64,000 nt of DNA, from NCBI GenBank assembly GCA_964187785.1, contig OZ076409.1, forward strand, positions 73,906,001-73,970,000. Direction: 5' to 3'. Of this stretch, positions 22,436 to 35,517 are shown in pieces. Below the pieces are notes generated by a model, which made no database searches, was not told where the DNA came from, and saw nothing but the letters and a program-made list of their open reading frames with translations. Source of the DNA: Amphiscolops sp. MND2022. Its lineage: Eukaryota. Both the position numbers and the translations under genes were made by a program. Every line of letters starts with the position of its first letter. Within the stretch, counting starts at the first letter, position 1.

Positions 22436-23716
22436 GTGCCGGTGTTTTTCACGACAAAGAAAGTTGCGCGCTTTGGGTAGGGTCCCGGCGCGCTTTTGGG
22501 GTTCATTTTAACAACCTGATCTCCCGTTGCACGTATGTCCGATTTTCCAAACTATCCTACCAATTTTGCTGAAATTTTGCATGTGGGTCCCTATGGACAT
22601 TCTAAGAACAAATCCCTACTGGCGTTTTGACCGGAAAATTTTTTTTGTTGACTTATTGACAATTTTAGGTGCCGAAAATGACGTTTTTTCAAAAAAAAAA
22701 TTTTTAAGAGCCCATATCTCGCTCCCAGGTGCCCGGAGCGGGTCGCATGTGGACGTTGATATTGCTAGGCACTTCGTAAGGAGTCTGTAGACAAATTTTG
22801 GTTCAGATTGGATGAAAATTGATTGAGTAATAGCCGCAAATTGGACGCATTTTGTCGAATTTTTTCGAAAACCCAGTCTATCTCTGCCGTTTTTTGCCCA
22901 GATTTTTTTCTAGACCCTCTCCTAAAGGCCTCCCATGGCCGAATTACCTCCCAGAAAAACCATTTGGCCCTTTTGCCGCAGTTTCAGCGTTCCAGGATTC
23001 CCCGGGTAAAAGTAAAATGTCTTAGAATTTTTTCGAAAAATTTTCAAAATTTTTTTTTCAACTTCAGGCCTCCCAAAGTCAAGAAACGTCCACACAACTA
23101 GTATTGCAAGTGGATGCATGTGGAAAGTGCTCGAATAGACGAGAAAAATGAGCTATTATAAACCTCTGTAGGTCAACCTGACGTTGACTTATGACAATTT
23201 TAGTGTGAGCTTGCTATATGGTAAAAAATTTCAAAATTGAAAATCGAAGCTAAGTCTCATCCAAAACTCATCGGAACACGTTCAATCCATCCCAGAGCGG
23301 TTTAATTCCAGCTATATAATGCAGCAACACTATTCAAGACCATTTGATCCACTTACATTAGTTTTGACACCGTATTATTCATCCGAGAGCACAAAACAGT
23401 TGAGTACATTCCATCTCCCTTTCGGGGGAGATGAGAATGTACTCGCTAAAGTCCAGGTAATACAGCCCATATTTGTTTTTATGCGACGCTTTTATGGTTT
23501 GTATGCTAGTGCGTACACGTATTAATCTTTTAACATATTTTTTGTCGTCTGCAGTTTGCTTTTGACTTGACATAAACTGAACGTTTTGTCCTTACAACAT
23601 ACACATTACTAACGTCAACGCCCCATCCTTGCATCAACGCCCACCGTCCGTGGGCATGCCGAGGCATGCCCTTCGACGACGTATACCAAGATATACATAA
23701 GCGCGGTAGCCGCTAG
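22436..23716 (+). mobile_element. Cassette 6, family D (1281 bp)
   Basis: Junction-bounded; very similar to cassette 24. Confidence 0.8.
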
Positions 23717-24975
23717 GTGCCGGTGTTTTTCACGACAAAGAAAGTTGCGCGCTTTGGGTAGGGTCCCGGCGCGCTTTTGGGGTTCATTTTTACAACCTGA
23801 TAGGACACATGCTGAAATGACCGATCTCCTAAACTACCCTACCAATTTTGCTGAAATTTGGCACGAAGCTTCCTTGGAACATTCTAAGAACAAATCCCTA
23901 CTGGCGTTTTGCTGGGAAAAATCAAAAAGTTGGTCAAAAATGCGATTTTCCGACAAAATTTTGGGGTAAAATTTTTTGAAACGTTATATCTCGCCACAGG
24001 GTCACGCTAGCGCCTCGCAACCTATGATCGTGTTTTGTTGGGCGTTGTCTGTAGAACACGTATGCCAAATTTGGTGGCGATCGGACTTAAACTCAGGGAG
24101 ATATAGCGATTTTTTAGGTGCATTTTTTGACATTTTTTGCATTTGCCGATTTATCTCTGCCGTTTTTGCCCAAATTTTTTTTGAGACACTCTCCTAAAGA
24201 CCTCCCCTGGCCGGTTTACCTCCCAGAAAAACCATTTGGCCCTAAATACGAAGTTTCAGCGTTCTAGCATTCCCGGGCAAAAAGTTGTGGGACTTAGAAT
24301 AGTTTTTATGGTAACGCAAAATGTGTAAAGTCAACTTCAGGCCTCCCAAAGTCAAAGAACTTCCACACAACTAGGATTGCAAGTGGGTGCATGTGGAAAG
24401 TACTCGGATAGACGAGAAAAATGAGCTATAGAACGACTTTGTAGCTTAACCTGACGTTGACTTATGACAATTTTAGTGTGAGCTTGCTATTTGGTGTAAA
24501 AATTCAAATGATGAAAATCGAAGCTAAGTCTCATCCAAAACTCATCGGAATACGTTCAATGCACCCCAAAGCGGATTAATTCGAGATGTTTAGTGCAGCA
24601 ACACCATTCAAGACCATTTGACCCATTTTTATAAGTTTTGACAACGTATTATTCATACGAGAGCACGAAACAGTTGAGTACATTCCATCTCCCTTTCGGG
24701 GGAGATGAGAATGTACTCGCTAAAGTCCAGGTACTACAGCCCATATTTGCTTTTATGCGACGCTCTTATGCTAGTGCGCATACTTTTTAATCGTTTAACT
24801 GAATTTTCTTCTGTCTGCACTTTGACTTTGACTTGACATATAGTAAACGTTTTGTCTTACAACTTACAAATGAGTAACGTCAACGCCCCATCCTTGCATC
24901 AACGCCCACCGTCCGTGGGCATGCCGAGGCATGCCCTTCGACGACGTATGCCCTCACAATCGCGGTAGCCGCTAG
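23717..24975 (+). mobile_element. Cassette 7, family D (1259 bp)
   Basis: Junction-bounded; 5' end like cassette 6, next block like cassette 22. Confidence 0.8.
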
Positions 24976-26241
24976 GTGCCGGGATTTCTATTCGATAAAG
25001 TAAGTTGCGCGGTTGGGTAGGGCCCCGTGAGCGCGCCCGTGTCTGTGTTTTTTGAACCTGAATTTGCGGGTGCCAAAATAGACGATCTCCTAAACTATCC
25101 ATACGATTTGGCTCAAATTTGGCATACGGGTTCCTGAGACAGATATAAGAACTAATTCCTACTGGCGTTTTGCCCGGAAAATTTTTTTTGTTGCGCAAAC
25201 TTGAAATTTTTGACAAAAAAATGCGATTTTTTTTGAAAAATTTTTTTTGAGAGGCCATATCTTTTTTCAGGGTGCCCGGAGCAGGACGCGTTAAACTGAT
25301 TATAAACTCAACGGTTCATGGGCTTTACAGAGAACCTAGGCTCGTTTCGCTCGGACAAATAGTCTTGGAGATATAACGGTATTTTTCGGGAATTTTTTGA
25401 AAATTTTTCTAACGGTCCAGCTTATCTTTGCCATTTTTTCGAAAATGTACTCGCCTAAAGGCCTCCCCTGGCCGGTTTTATTCCCAGAAAAACCATTTGG
25501 CCCTAAATACGGAGTTTCAGCGTTCCAGCATTCCCGGGCGAAAAGTTATGGGACTTAGAAAATTTTTTCGAAAACGCAAAATGTGTAAAGTCAACTTCAG
25601 GCCTCCCAAAGTCAAGGAACTTCCACACAACTAGTATTGCAAGTGAATGCATGTGGAAAGTACTCGAATAGACGAGGACAATGAGCTATAGAACGTCTCT
25701 GTATCTTAACCTGACGTTGACTTATGGGGTTTTGAAAGTGGGCTTCCTGAGGGGTCTGAAAAGCAAAAATTAAAAATGGAAACTAAGTCTTATTGAAAAC
25801 TCACCGGATTCCGTGCAATCGACCCCAGAACGTGCTCAATTGTAGTTTCCTAATCTATCAACGCCATTCAAGGTCTTTTGACTAATGTTGAAAAAATTGA
25901 TACCGTATTATTCATCCGAGAGCACGAAACAGTTGAGTACATTCCATCTCCCTTTCGGGGAGATGAGAATGTACTCGCTAAAGTCCAGGTACTACAGCCC
26001 ATATTTGTTTTAATGCGGCGCTCCTTATACTAGTGTGTAGACGTATTAATCTTTTAACTGAATTTTCTTTTGTCTACACTTTGAGTTTGACTTGACATAT
26101 ACTGAAAGTTTGTGTCCTTACAACATACACATGACTTACGTCAACGCCCCATCCATGCATCAACGCCCACCGTCCGTGGGCATGCCGAGGCATGCCCTTC
26201 GACGACCCGCACCAAAATATACGTCGAGCGCGTTAGCCTAG
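24976..26241 (+). mobile_element. Cassette 8, family D (1266 bp)
   Basis: Junction-bounded; D core blocks present. Confidence 0.8.
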
Positions 26242-27516
26242 GTGGCCGGGAACTTTTTTTCCTGCATTTTTCTGTCCAATTGGGGGAGGGGCCCCAAGTG
26301 GCTGTTATCCGGTTTTACTACCTACCCTAAACACGCTCAAAAAATGACGATCTCGAAAACCACCCCTTAGATTTTCCTGGAACTTTGCATACAGGCCTAG
26401 AATCAAATCCTAAGAACTATTTCCTACTGGCGTTTTTCCGAATTTTTTCAAAAAGTTGGTCAAAAATGCAACAAAAGTTGCCAATGGACATAAAAAACGC
26501 AACTTTTCAACTTTGAGGGCCCATAACTTTTTTCAGAGTGCCCGGAGCGATTCGCACAATAACAACAATATTGCTCAGCAGTGTCGGGGGAGTGCGTGGA
26601 CAAATTTTGGTTTGAATCGGATGAAAAATGACTGAGAAATAAACGCAAATTTTCGTGCATTTGTTGCAAATACCAGTCTATCTCTGCCATTTTCACCCAA
26701 AATTTTTCCCAGAGCCTTTACAGGAGGCAACCCCTGCCCAAATTTCTGCCGAGCAAACCCATTTGGCCCTAAATACGAAGTTTCAGCGTTCTAGCATTTC
26801 CGGGCAAAAAGTTGTGGGACTTAGAAAAATTTCAAAAAAACGCAAAAATTGTAAAAAGTAACTTCTGGCGTCCCAAAGTCAGGAAACTTTCACACAACTA
26901 GTATTGCAAGTGAATGCATGTGGAAAGTACTCGGCTGGACGAGAAAAATGAGCTATAGAACGACTCTGTAGCTTAATTTGACGTTGACTTAGAACATTTT
27001 GAGTGTGAGCGTCCTATAGGATTTTAATGTCAAAAATGAGATTTTGTAAGTCATGACTCATCAAAAACTCATTGGAATACGTTCAATCATCCCCATAGCT
27101 GTTCAATCACCGTTGCTTAGTAGAGCAACGCCATTTAATGTCTTTGGACTCATTTTGAAAATTCTTCTTACCGTCTTATTCGTCCGATATCACGAAACAG
27201 TTGAGTACATTCCATCTCCCCCCTTGTGGGGGAGATGAGAATGTACTCGCCAAACACCTGACACAATGGCCCATATTGGTTTTTATTTGACCTTTCTCAC
27301 GATATTACACACGGATAGCTGTGTTTGGTAAAAGTTTTCCATTGCACCATGTCTCCAGAAGCTAAACCACTTCTTTAGCCTACTACTTCTACTCAAACAT
27401 CACTAACGTCAACGCCACATACTCGCATCAACGCCCACCGTCCGTGGGCATGCCGAGGCATGCCCTTCGACGACGTATGCCAAATAGCGCCACCTGGCGC
27501 CCCCAATTTCCGCTAG
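26242..27516 (+). mobile_element. Cassette 9, family D (1275 bp)
   Basis: Junction-bounded; close relative of cassette 13. Confidence 0.8.
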
Positions 27517-28909
27517 GTGGTTGGGGCGGTCCCCAGAACGCACAAGGAGGCGCGGGGAGGGTCCTGCGCCGACGTAGAATAATTTCATATAATACTAGTA
27601 TCCTACATGGGTGTTTTAGAGGCGATTTTGGAATCTAACCGTAGGATTTGGATACTTTTTTGCATGCGGCCATAACTCGAAATTCTAAGAACTTTTTCTT
27701 TCTGTCATTTTCCCCGCAAATTGTTTTTTGTTGACTTATGGCCGAAAAACCGGAAATAACGTCCTTTTTAGACGTTATATCCGAAGTGTCGTCATAACTT
27801 TTTTCCAGGGCATGCTAGCGTTCTCCTTCACTTTTACACTTTGTTTTAGCATCTCAAAATACAACTGGTGGAAAATTTTGGTTGCATTCGGATCACCCCC
27901 CACCGAGATAGAAGGGTTCCCCCCTCCAGTTTTACCCCCCAAAATTGAGAAAATACCAATTTTGAGCATGAAGCCGTGGATTTAGCGAATCCTCACCCCC
28001 CTGATGTTTTGTCGGACATGTTAGGGTCAATCTAGTGACATGTGTGGTTTTCACCCCCAACCCCCCCCCTGGGACCGGAAATGACACTTTTTTGTGTTTT
28101 TTGACAAAAATGAGCCTTTTTGATTAGTAGGGAGTCGTTTTTGGGCCTCCTAGCAGGATATCGAAGTTGAAATACAACTTGATCACAACCCAGTGACAAC
28201 ATGTTGGCCAGTTGCAGGTACCATCATGACCGGAAGTGGGGTCAAACCCCCCTTTTTGTGACCGCTTTTTGACCTTGTGCACCAAAATGCCAACAACTTG
28301 AGGCCTAATGACGCATTCAAATCTGTACAAAGATAGAACGTTAGACAACGGAAGTCCCGCAAGCTCTTTAGCATATACCGGACGTCACCCCCCATGACCG
28401 GAAGTTGTCCAATATGACCGGAAATGGTCCAAAAATTCATGTAAAATTAACTTTTTCACTTATTGAAGACCACTTCGTTGAACATTTTCAATCCCAAAAC
28501 TAGCGTACTAGCTGGTGGCGTTGAATTTATGGAAATTGAGGAGCTTTATCACCCCCGATAGCCTTCGAAGTTGACCTTGCGTCAACTTTGGAGGCTATCG
28601 ATTCTGAAAATGAACAACAAAGTACTTTGTTGGTCTCGTTTTTTTTTCCGTTTTTTTCCTCAAATATTGTTGAGACATACACATGGCCGTTAGTTAAAAT
28701 CAATATTTTAGCCCATGTTATAGCGTGAGTAGCGAAGCGTTACACAGGCTGGTGTGGTTTTGAACTGTAATTATTTTAAAATAAAAAAAGACCCTCTTAG
28801 TCAACTCCACACATTCATACCAACGCCCACCGTCTGTGGGCATGCCGAGGCATGCCCTTCGACGACGTATGACGAATCCATTCCAACGACACCCGCAGTC
28901 CTCAGCTAG
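27517..28909 (+). mobile_element. Cassette 10, family B (1393 bp)
   Basis: B termini; subtype shared with cassettes 21 and 25. Confidence 0.8.
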
Positions 28910-30181
28910 GTGGCCGCGTCTTTTGTCGAACTTTAACCATGGAGGCGCGGGTAGGGTCCTGCGCCGACTTAGTGCCTTTACTATGATACAAAAATAGGTA
29001 CCTGAGTAAACGATCTCGAAGATGAGCCGTCAGAAATTCCTGAAAATTTGCATGTGGCCCCCAATTGGCGAGCATATGAAAAGTGTAGGAGGTCATTTTT
29101 CCCAAATTCCACTGTGAGACGAGATAAACGCGAAAAATGAGGTAAAAAATGGACCCATTTTTGATAAATTTTGCAATATCTCGTTCCAGAGGCATCGGAG
29201 GTACCGTATACCTGACGTGGAAAATGCTCGGCATGTGAAGGGGGTTACGTGGACAAATTTTCGTCCAAATCGGATAAAAATTGACAGAGTAATAACAAGT
29301 TTTTTTGTGCATTTTGGCGACTTTTTCAGAAAACCCAGTTTATCTCTGCCGTTTTTTGCCCAAAATTTTTTCGAGACCCTCTCCTAAAGACCTCCCCTGG
29401 CCGGGTTACATCCCAAAAAAACCATTTGGCCCTAAATACGAAGTTTCAGCGTTCCAGCATTATCGGGCGAAATTTTATATGACTTAGAAAATTTTCAAAA
29501 ATTTTCAAAACTTTTCTAAAAAAGTTCAGGCCGCCCAAAGTGAAGAAACTTCCACACAACTAGTATTGTAAGTGAATGCATGTGGAAAGCCCTGCACTTG
29601 ACGAGAAAAATGCCATTTAGAACGTCTTTTTATCTTAACTTGATGTTGACTTATGATCTTTTGAGTAGCGTATAACACGTGATCACAGTAGTGAAAATCC
29701 TAATTTTCAATAATTTTCAAACAATAACGCATGAAAAGAACCTGGAAAAGGTTCCGATGGGTCAGTTGGGATGTCGGAAGCATGTGTACATTCCCGTAGT
29801 GTATAGCGGATGTATTTGGGACTTATTAGAAATTGTGATATATTTTATACAAGTCTTTGTTTCTCTTAGAATCTTATGCAGTTGAGTACATTCCATCTCC
29901 CTCTCAGGGGAGATGTGAATGTACGTTTGCCAAATGCCTTGTAAAGCTGACAATTTTGATGGTTTAAAATGATTAAACAAGTGTGACTAGCGTTTGCCGA
30001 ATCATTGCTGCAAAAAATCTTGAAACTTTAGTGAGATTGAATGCTTTTTGTCTCTAGTGTTTTTTCTTGTGTAGCCGACTTCCACATCCAAATATCAACG
30101 CCCACCGTCCGTGGGCATGCCGAGGCATGCCCTTCGACGACGTATGCCAAATACCATATGCCACGCTGTCATTATCGCTAG
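28910..30181 (+). mobile_element. Cassette 11, family D (1272 bp)
   Basis: Junction-bounded; relative of cassette 4. Confidence 0.8.
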
Positions 30182-31581
30182 GTGGTCGGGTATTTTTTTT
30201 TACTCGTAGATGGCGTTTGCGAGGCTTTGGGGAGGGCCCCGTGCCGAGCCTGTACCGAAATTTACCACATACCAGAAGTGTCCGATTTAATCGAGATCTC
30301 AAAAACTAACCGTTAGAATTCTCTGAAATTTTGCATGTGGCCCCTAATCAATGAGTAATGAAAAAGTGTAGGAGTGACGGTTGCTGAAAAACTTGTCTTT
30401 GTTGCACTTTTTGCGCAATTTTTGTCGCATTGTTGCGTTTTTTATGTCATTTTCGACTTTTCAAGCAAAAAACTCATAGATGCTTTGTTCCTAGCGTATC
30501 AAGTGTGGAGCACGAAAAGTTGCAGCATCTTCCATTACGTATGCTGAGAAAATTTGGTTGCCCTCGGATTACCCCCCACAGAGATAGAGGGGCGCATCCG
30601 GGTATTTTTGACACCTAAATTTGGAAAATTGCTAATTTTCTTAAGAAAGCCGTAGATTTAGCGCGTGCACACCCTGCTGAAGATTTGTTAGGCATTTTGA
30701 GATAGATCCGATGATATGCGTTGAGTTCACCCCCATCACCCCCTTGACCGGAAATGAACGTTTTTGTGCACTTTCAGACCGGAAGTCTCCATTTTCACCG
30801 GTAAGGAGGCATTGTACGAGCAACTAGCAGGATATCAAAAGTGAAGTATAACCTGGGGTAAACTTAATGACCACGTGTTGTCCAGTCATGGGTTTCGCTA
30901 TGAGCGGAAATGGGCTTGAAACCCCCTTTTTGGTAGTATTTTTATCAATTTGAATAGTGTTTGGTCCACATTCAGGTGACGTAAGTCACTTGCACAAGGG
31001 TGAGTATTAACTGCATGTTCCCTGCGTAGACGTAACTGACACTGACAGATTCCGGAAGTAACCCCATGTGACCGGAAGTGGTCAATTTTGACCGGAAATG
31101 GTCCAAAAAGTAGCGTAAAAGCAGTTTTTCACAACTTTTCAAGGCAAATTTTCACTTTTTTTCAATCTGAATACCTCCTTTATACTCCCAAAGCTAACAT
31201 CGTTGCCTGTTTTGCTAAAGATTTGACAATTGATTACCTTTATCAACCCCGATAGCCTTCCAAGTTGACCTTGGGTCAATCTTGAAGGCTATCTATACTT
31301 AAAACAAAAAATAGAGATAAGTTGTTTTCTCCATTACGTTGATATTTTTTCCTTGATGTCAAATTGTTAAGCAAAGAGTTTTAAGCAAATTAATGATCTG
31401 AATCTTGTTCAGAGGTCTCACCCTGAGGACGATTATTTGAGATTTAAGTAAACTGAGAATGAGGTTAGTATTTGTCAACATCAGAGAATCTTATCAACGC
31501 CCACCGTCTGTGGGCATGCCGAGGCATGCCCTTCGACGACGTATGCCAAATAGCGCCACAGGGCGCCCACTCTTTCGCTAG
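30182..31581 (+). mobile_element. Cassette 12, diverged B-related (1400 bp)
   Basis: CCGGAA repeats and GATAGCCTTC hairpin (~31251) like B, but otherwise diverged. Confidence 0.75.
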
Positions 31582-32850
31582 GTGGCTGGGAATTTTTTTT
31601 CTGCTCAATTCTTTGCCAACTGGGGGAGGGGCCCCTGGTGGCTGTTACCCAAAATACATACCTACTAAAATCGTCCGCTCTGAGTACGATCTCGAAAACC
31701 ACCCTTTGGATTTTCCTGAAACTTTGCATACAGGCTTAGAATCAAATCCTAAGAACTATTTCCTACTGGCGTTTTTCTGAATTTTTTCAAAAAGTTGGTC
31801 AAAAATGCAACAAAAGTTGCCAATGGACATAAAAAACGCAACTTTTCGACTTTGAGGGCCTATAACTTTTTCCAGGGTGCCCGGAGCGGTTCGCACGTGG
31901 ACCACAACATTGCTCAGCATTGTCGGAAGAGTGCGTGGACAAATTTTGGTTAGAATCGGATGAACATTGACTGAGAAATAAACGCAAATTTTCGTGCATT
32001 TGTTGCAAATACCAGTCTATCTCTGCCATTTTTGCCCAAAATTTTTCCCAGAGCTTTTACAGGAGGCAACCCCTGCCCAAATTTCTGCCGAGCAAACCCA
32101 TTTGGCCCTAAATACGAGGTTTCAGCGTTCTAGCATTTCCGGGCAAAAAGTTGTGGGACTTAGAAAAATTTCAAAAAACCGCAAAAATTGTAAAAAGTAA
32201 CTTCCGGCGTCCCAAAGTCTAGAAACTTTCACACAACTAGTATTGCAAGTGAATGCATGTGGAAAGTACTCGGATGGACGAGAAAAATGAGCTATAGAAC
32301 GACTCTGTAGCTTAATCTGACGTTGACTTATGACATTTTGAGTGTGAGCACCCTATAGGATTTTAATGTCAAAAATGAGAATTTGTAAGTCATGTCTCAT
32401 CAAAAACTCGTCGGAATACGTTCAATCATCCCCATAGCTGTTCAATTACCGTGGCTTAGTAGAGCAACGCCATTTAATGTCCTTGGACCCATTTTGAAAA
32501 TTTTCGTTACCGTCTTATTCGTCCGATATCCCGAAACAGTTGAGTGCATTCCATCTCTCCCTTAGGGGGGAGATGAGAATGTACTCGCCAAAGACCTGAC
32601 ACAATGGCCCATATTGGTTTTTCTTTGACCTTTCTCACAATATTGCACACGGATAGCTGTGTTTGGTAAAAGTTTTCCTTTGCACCATGTCTCCAGAAGC
32701 TAAACCACTTCTTTAGCTTACTACTACACAAAAATCACTAACGTCAACGCCACATACCCACATCAACGCCCACCGTCCGTGGGCATGCCGAGGCATGCCC
32801 TTCGACGACGTATGCCAAATAGCGCCACAGGGCGCAAACTTGTCCGCTAG
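31582..32850 (+). mobile_element. Cassette 13, family D (1269 bp)
   Basis: Junction-bounded; 5' end like cassette 29, remainder like cassette 9. Confidence 0.8.
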
Positions 32851-34227
32851 GTGGTTGGGGCGGTCCCCAGAACGCACAAGGAGGCGCGGGGAGGGTCCTG
32901 CGCCGACGTAGAATAATTTCATATAATACTAGTATCCTACATGGGTGTTTTAGAAGCGATTTTGGAATCTAACCGTAGGATTTGGATAAATTTTTGCATG
33001 CGGCCATAACTCGAAATTCTAAGAACTTTTTCCTACTGTCATTTTCCCCGCAAATTGTTTTTTGTTGACTTATGGCCGAAAAACCGGAAATAACGTCCTT
33101 TTTAGACGTTATATCCGAAGTGTCGTCATAACTTTTTTCCAGGGCATGCTAGCGTTCTCGTTCACTTTTACACTTAGTTGCAGCATCTCAAAATACAACT
33201 GGTGAAAAATTTTGGTTGCATTCGGATCACCCCCCACCGAGATAGAAGGGTTCCCCCCTCCAGTTTTACCCCCCAAATTTGCAAAAAAGCCAATTTTGAG
33301 CATGAAGCCGAGGATTTAGCGTACCCGCACCCTTCTGATCTTTTGTTGTACGTATTGGGGTCAATCTGACGACATGTGTGGTTTTCACCCCCAACCCCCC
33401 CTGGGACCGGAAATGACACTTTTTTGTGTTTTTTGGCAGAATTTAGCCTTTTTCATTACTAGGCAGTCGTTTTATGGACTCCTAGCAGGATATCGAAATT
33501 GAAATACAACCTGATCACAACCCAGTGACAACATGTTGGCCACTTGGAGGTACCATCATGACCGGAAGTGGGGTCAACCCCTCTTTTTGTGACCGCTTTT
33601 TGACCTTGTGCACCAAAATGCCAACAACTTGAGGCCTAATGACGCATTCAAATCTGTACAAAGATAGAATGTTAGACAACTGGAGTCCCGGAAGATCTTA
33701 GCATATATCGGAAGTTACCCCCCATGACCGGAAGTTACCCAATGTGACCGGAAATGGTCGAAAAATTAATGAAAAGTTGAATTTTTCACTATTTCAAGAG
33801 CACTTCATTGAACATTTTCAATCGCAAAACTAGCGTACTGGCTTGTTTTGCTGAATTTATGGAAATTGATGAGCCCTATCACCCCCGATAGCCTTCGAAG
33901 TTGACCTTGCGTCAACTTTGGAGGCTATCGATACTGAAAATGAACAACAAAGTACATTGTTGCTCTCGGTTTTTTCCCGTTGTTTTTCCTCAAACATTCT
34001 TGAGACATATACATGGCCGTTAGTTGAAATCAATATTTAACCCATGTTATACCTGGAGCAGCGAAGCGTTACACAGACTAATGTGGTTTTGAAATTACAT
34101 TACTTAAATTAACAACAGATCGTTTTAGTCAACTCCACACATTCATACCAACGCCCACCGTCTGTGGGCATGCCCTTCGACGACGTATGACGAATCCACT
34201 CCAACGACACCCGCAGTCCTCAGCTAG
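32851..34227 (+). mobile_element. Cassette 14, family B (1377 bp; 10-bp deletion in terminal palindrome)
   Basis: B termini; only GGGCATGCCC remains at ~34166. Confidence 0.8.
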
Positions 34228-35517
34228 GTGGCCGGAAATTTTTTTTTTCATCAAAATCTTTGCCATTGGGGGAGGGGCCCCGGATGGCCAGTAGTACGGC
34301 ATAGCTTCCTACCAAATCCAGATGGAAAAAACGTGATTTCGGAAACTAGCCGTCAGAATTTGCTCAAAATTTGCATACGGCTTCCTATGACAATCCTAAG
34401 AACTAATCCCTACTGGCATTTTGCCCGAAAAACGCAAAAAGTTGGTCAAAATCTTAGTTTTTTGGTCAAAAAATGGCGTTTTTTCGAAAAAAAAATTTTT
34501 CAGAGACAATTACTCGTAACTGGTTCACCCAGCGCAAAAACGCCTAGCTGATTTATTGTTGGGCACTTCATCAGGAGTACGTATACAAATTTTCGTCCAA
34601 ATCGGATAAAAGTTGATTGAGAAATTACTGAAAATTTGAGGCATTTTTTTGGAAATTTTCGAAATCCCAGTCTATCTCTGCCGTTTTTTGCCCAGATTTT
34701 TTTCCAGACACTCTCCTAAAGACCTCCCCTGGCCGGTTTACCTCCCAGCAAAACCATTTGGACCTAAATACGGAGTTTCAGCGTTCTAGCATTCCCGGGC
34801 GAAAAGATGTAGGACTTAGAAAAATTTCAAAAATTTTCAAAATTCTTTTTTTTTGCGTTTCCCGGCCCCGCAATGAAGGGGAACGACCCCCCAACTAGGA
34901 TTTTTGGTGAATCAATGTGAAAAGGCCTTGTTTAGTGGAGCAAATTGCCGTTTAGAGCGACTTTTTATCTTAACTTGACGTTGACCTCTGTCGTTTTGAA
35001 TTTGATATTAGTATGTGTTGAGCATGTGAAAAGTTGATGATTTCAATTGTTCTCTCGTGTTCAAGCCATTGAGATACAAGCGGTAGTGATCAAAATGTGA
35101 TTTATCGCAATTTGGTGGTGCTTTTGGTGTATTTTGAATCTTTTAAATAAAAAGTTGTTCTTTATATATTTGGTGTATTGATTCAAATTAACAAGAAACA
35201 GTTGAGTACATTTCATCTCCCCCCTTGTGGGGGAGATGAGGATGTACCCGCTAAATGACACGCACAATGGCCCACTTTTACTTTTATGCGACGTTTTCTA
35301 GGCTTTTGCGCAAGCCCATTAATATTTAGACTGGTTTCCTTTTCTTTTACTACAAAATTTTCCGTACCAACCACCTTACGCACCACCAGCTCAACGTAAC
35401 TTCTGTAACGTCAACGCCACATACTCGCATCAACGCCCACCGTCCGTGGGCATGCCGAGGCATGCCCTTCGACGACGTATGCCAAAAAGCGCCACAGGGC
35501 GCAAACTTGTCCGCTAG
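34228..35517 (+). mobile_element. Cassette 15, family D (1290 bp)
   Basis: Junction-bounded; very similar to cassette 30. Confidence 0.8.
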
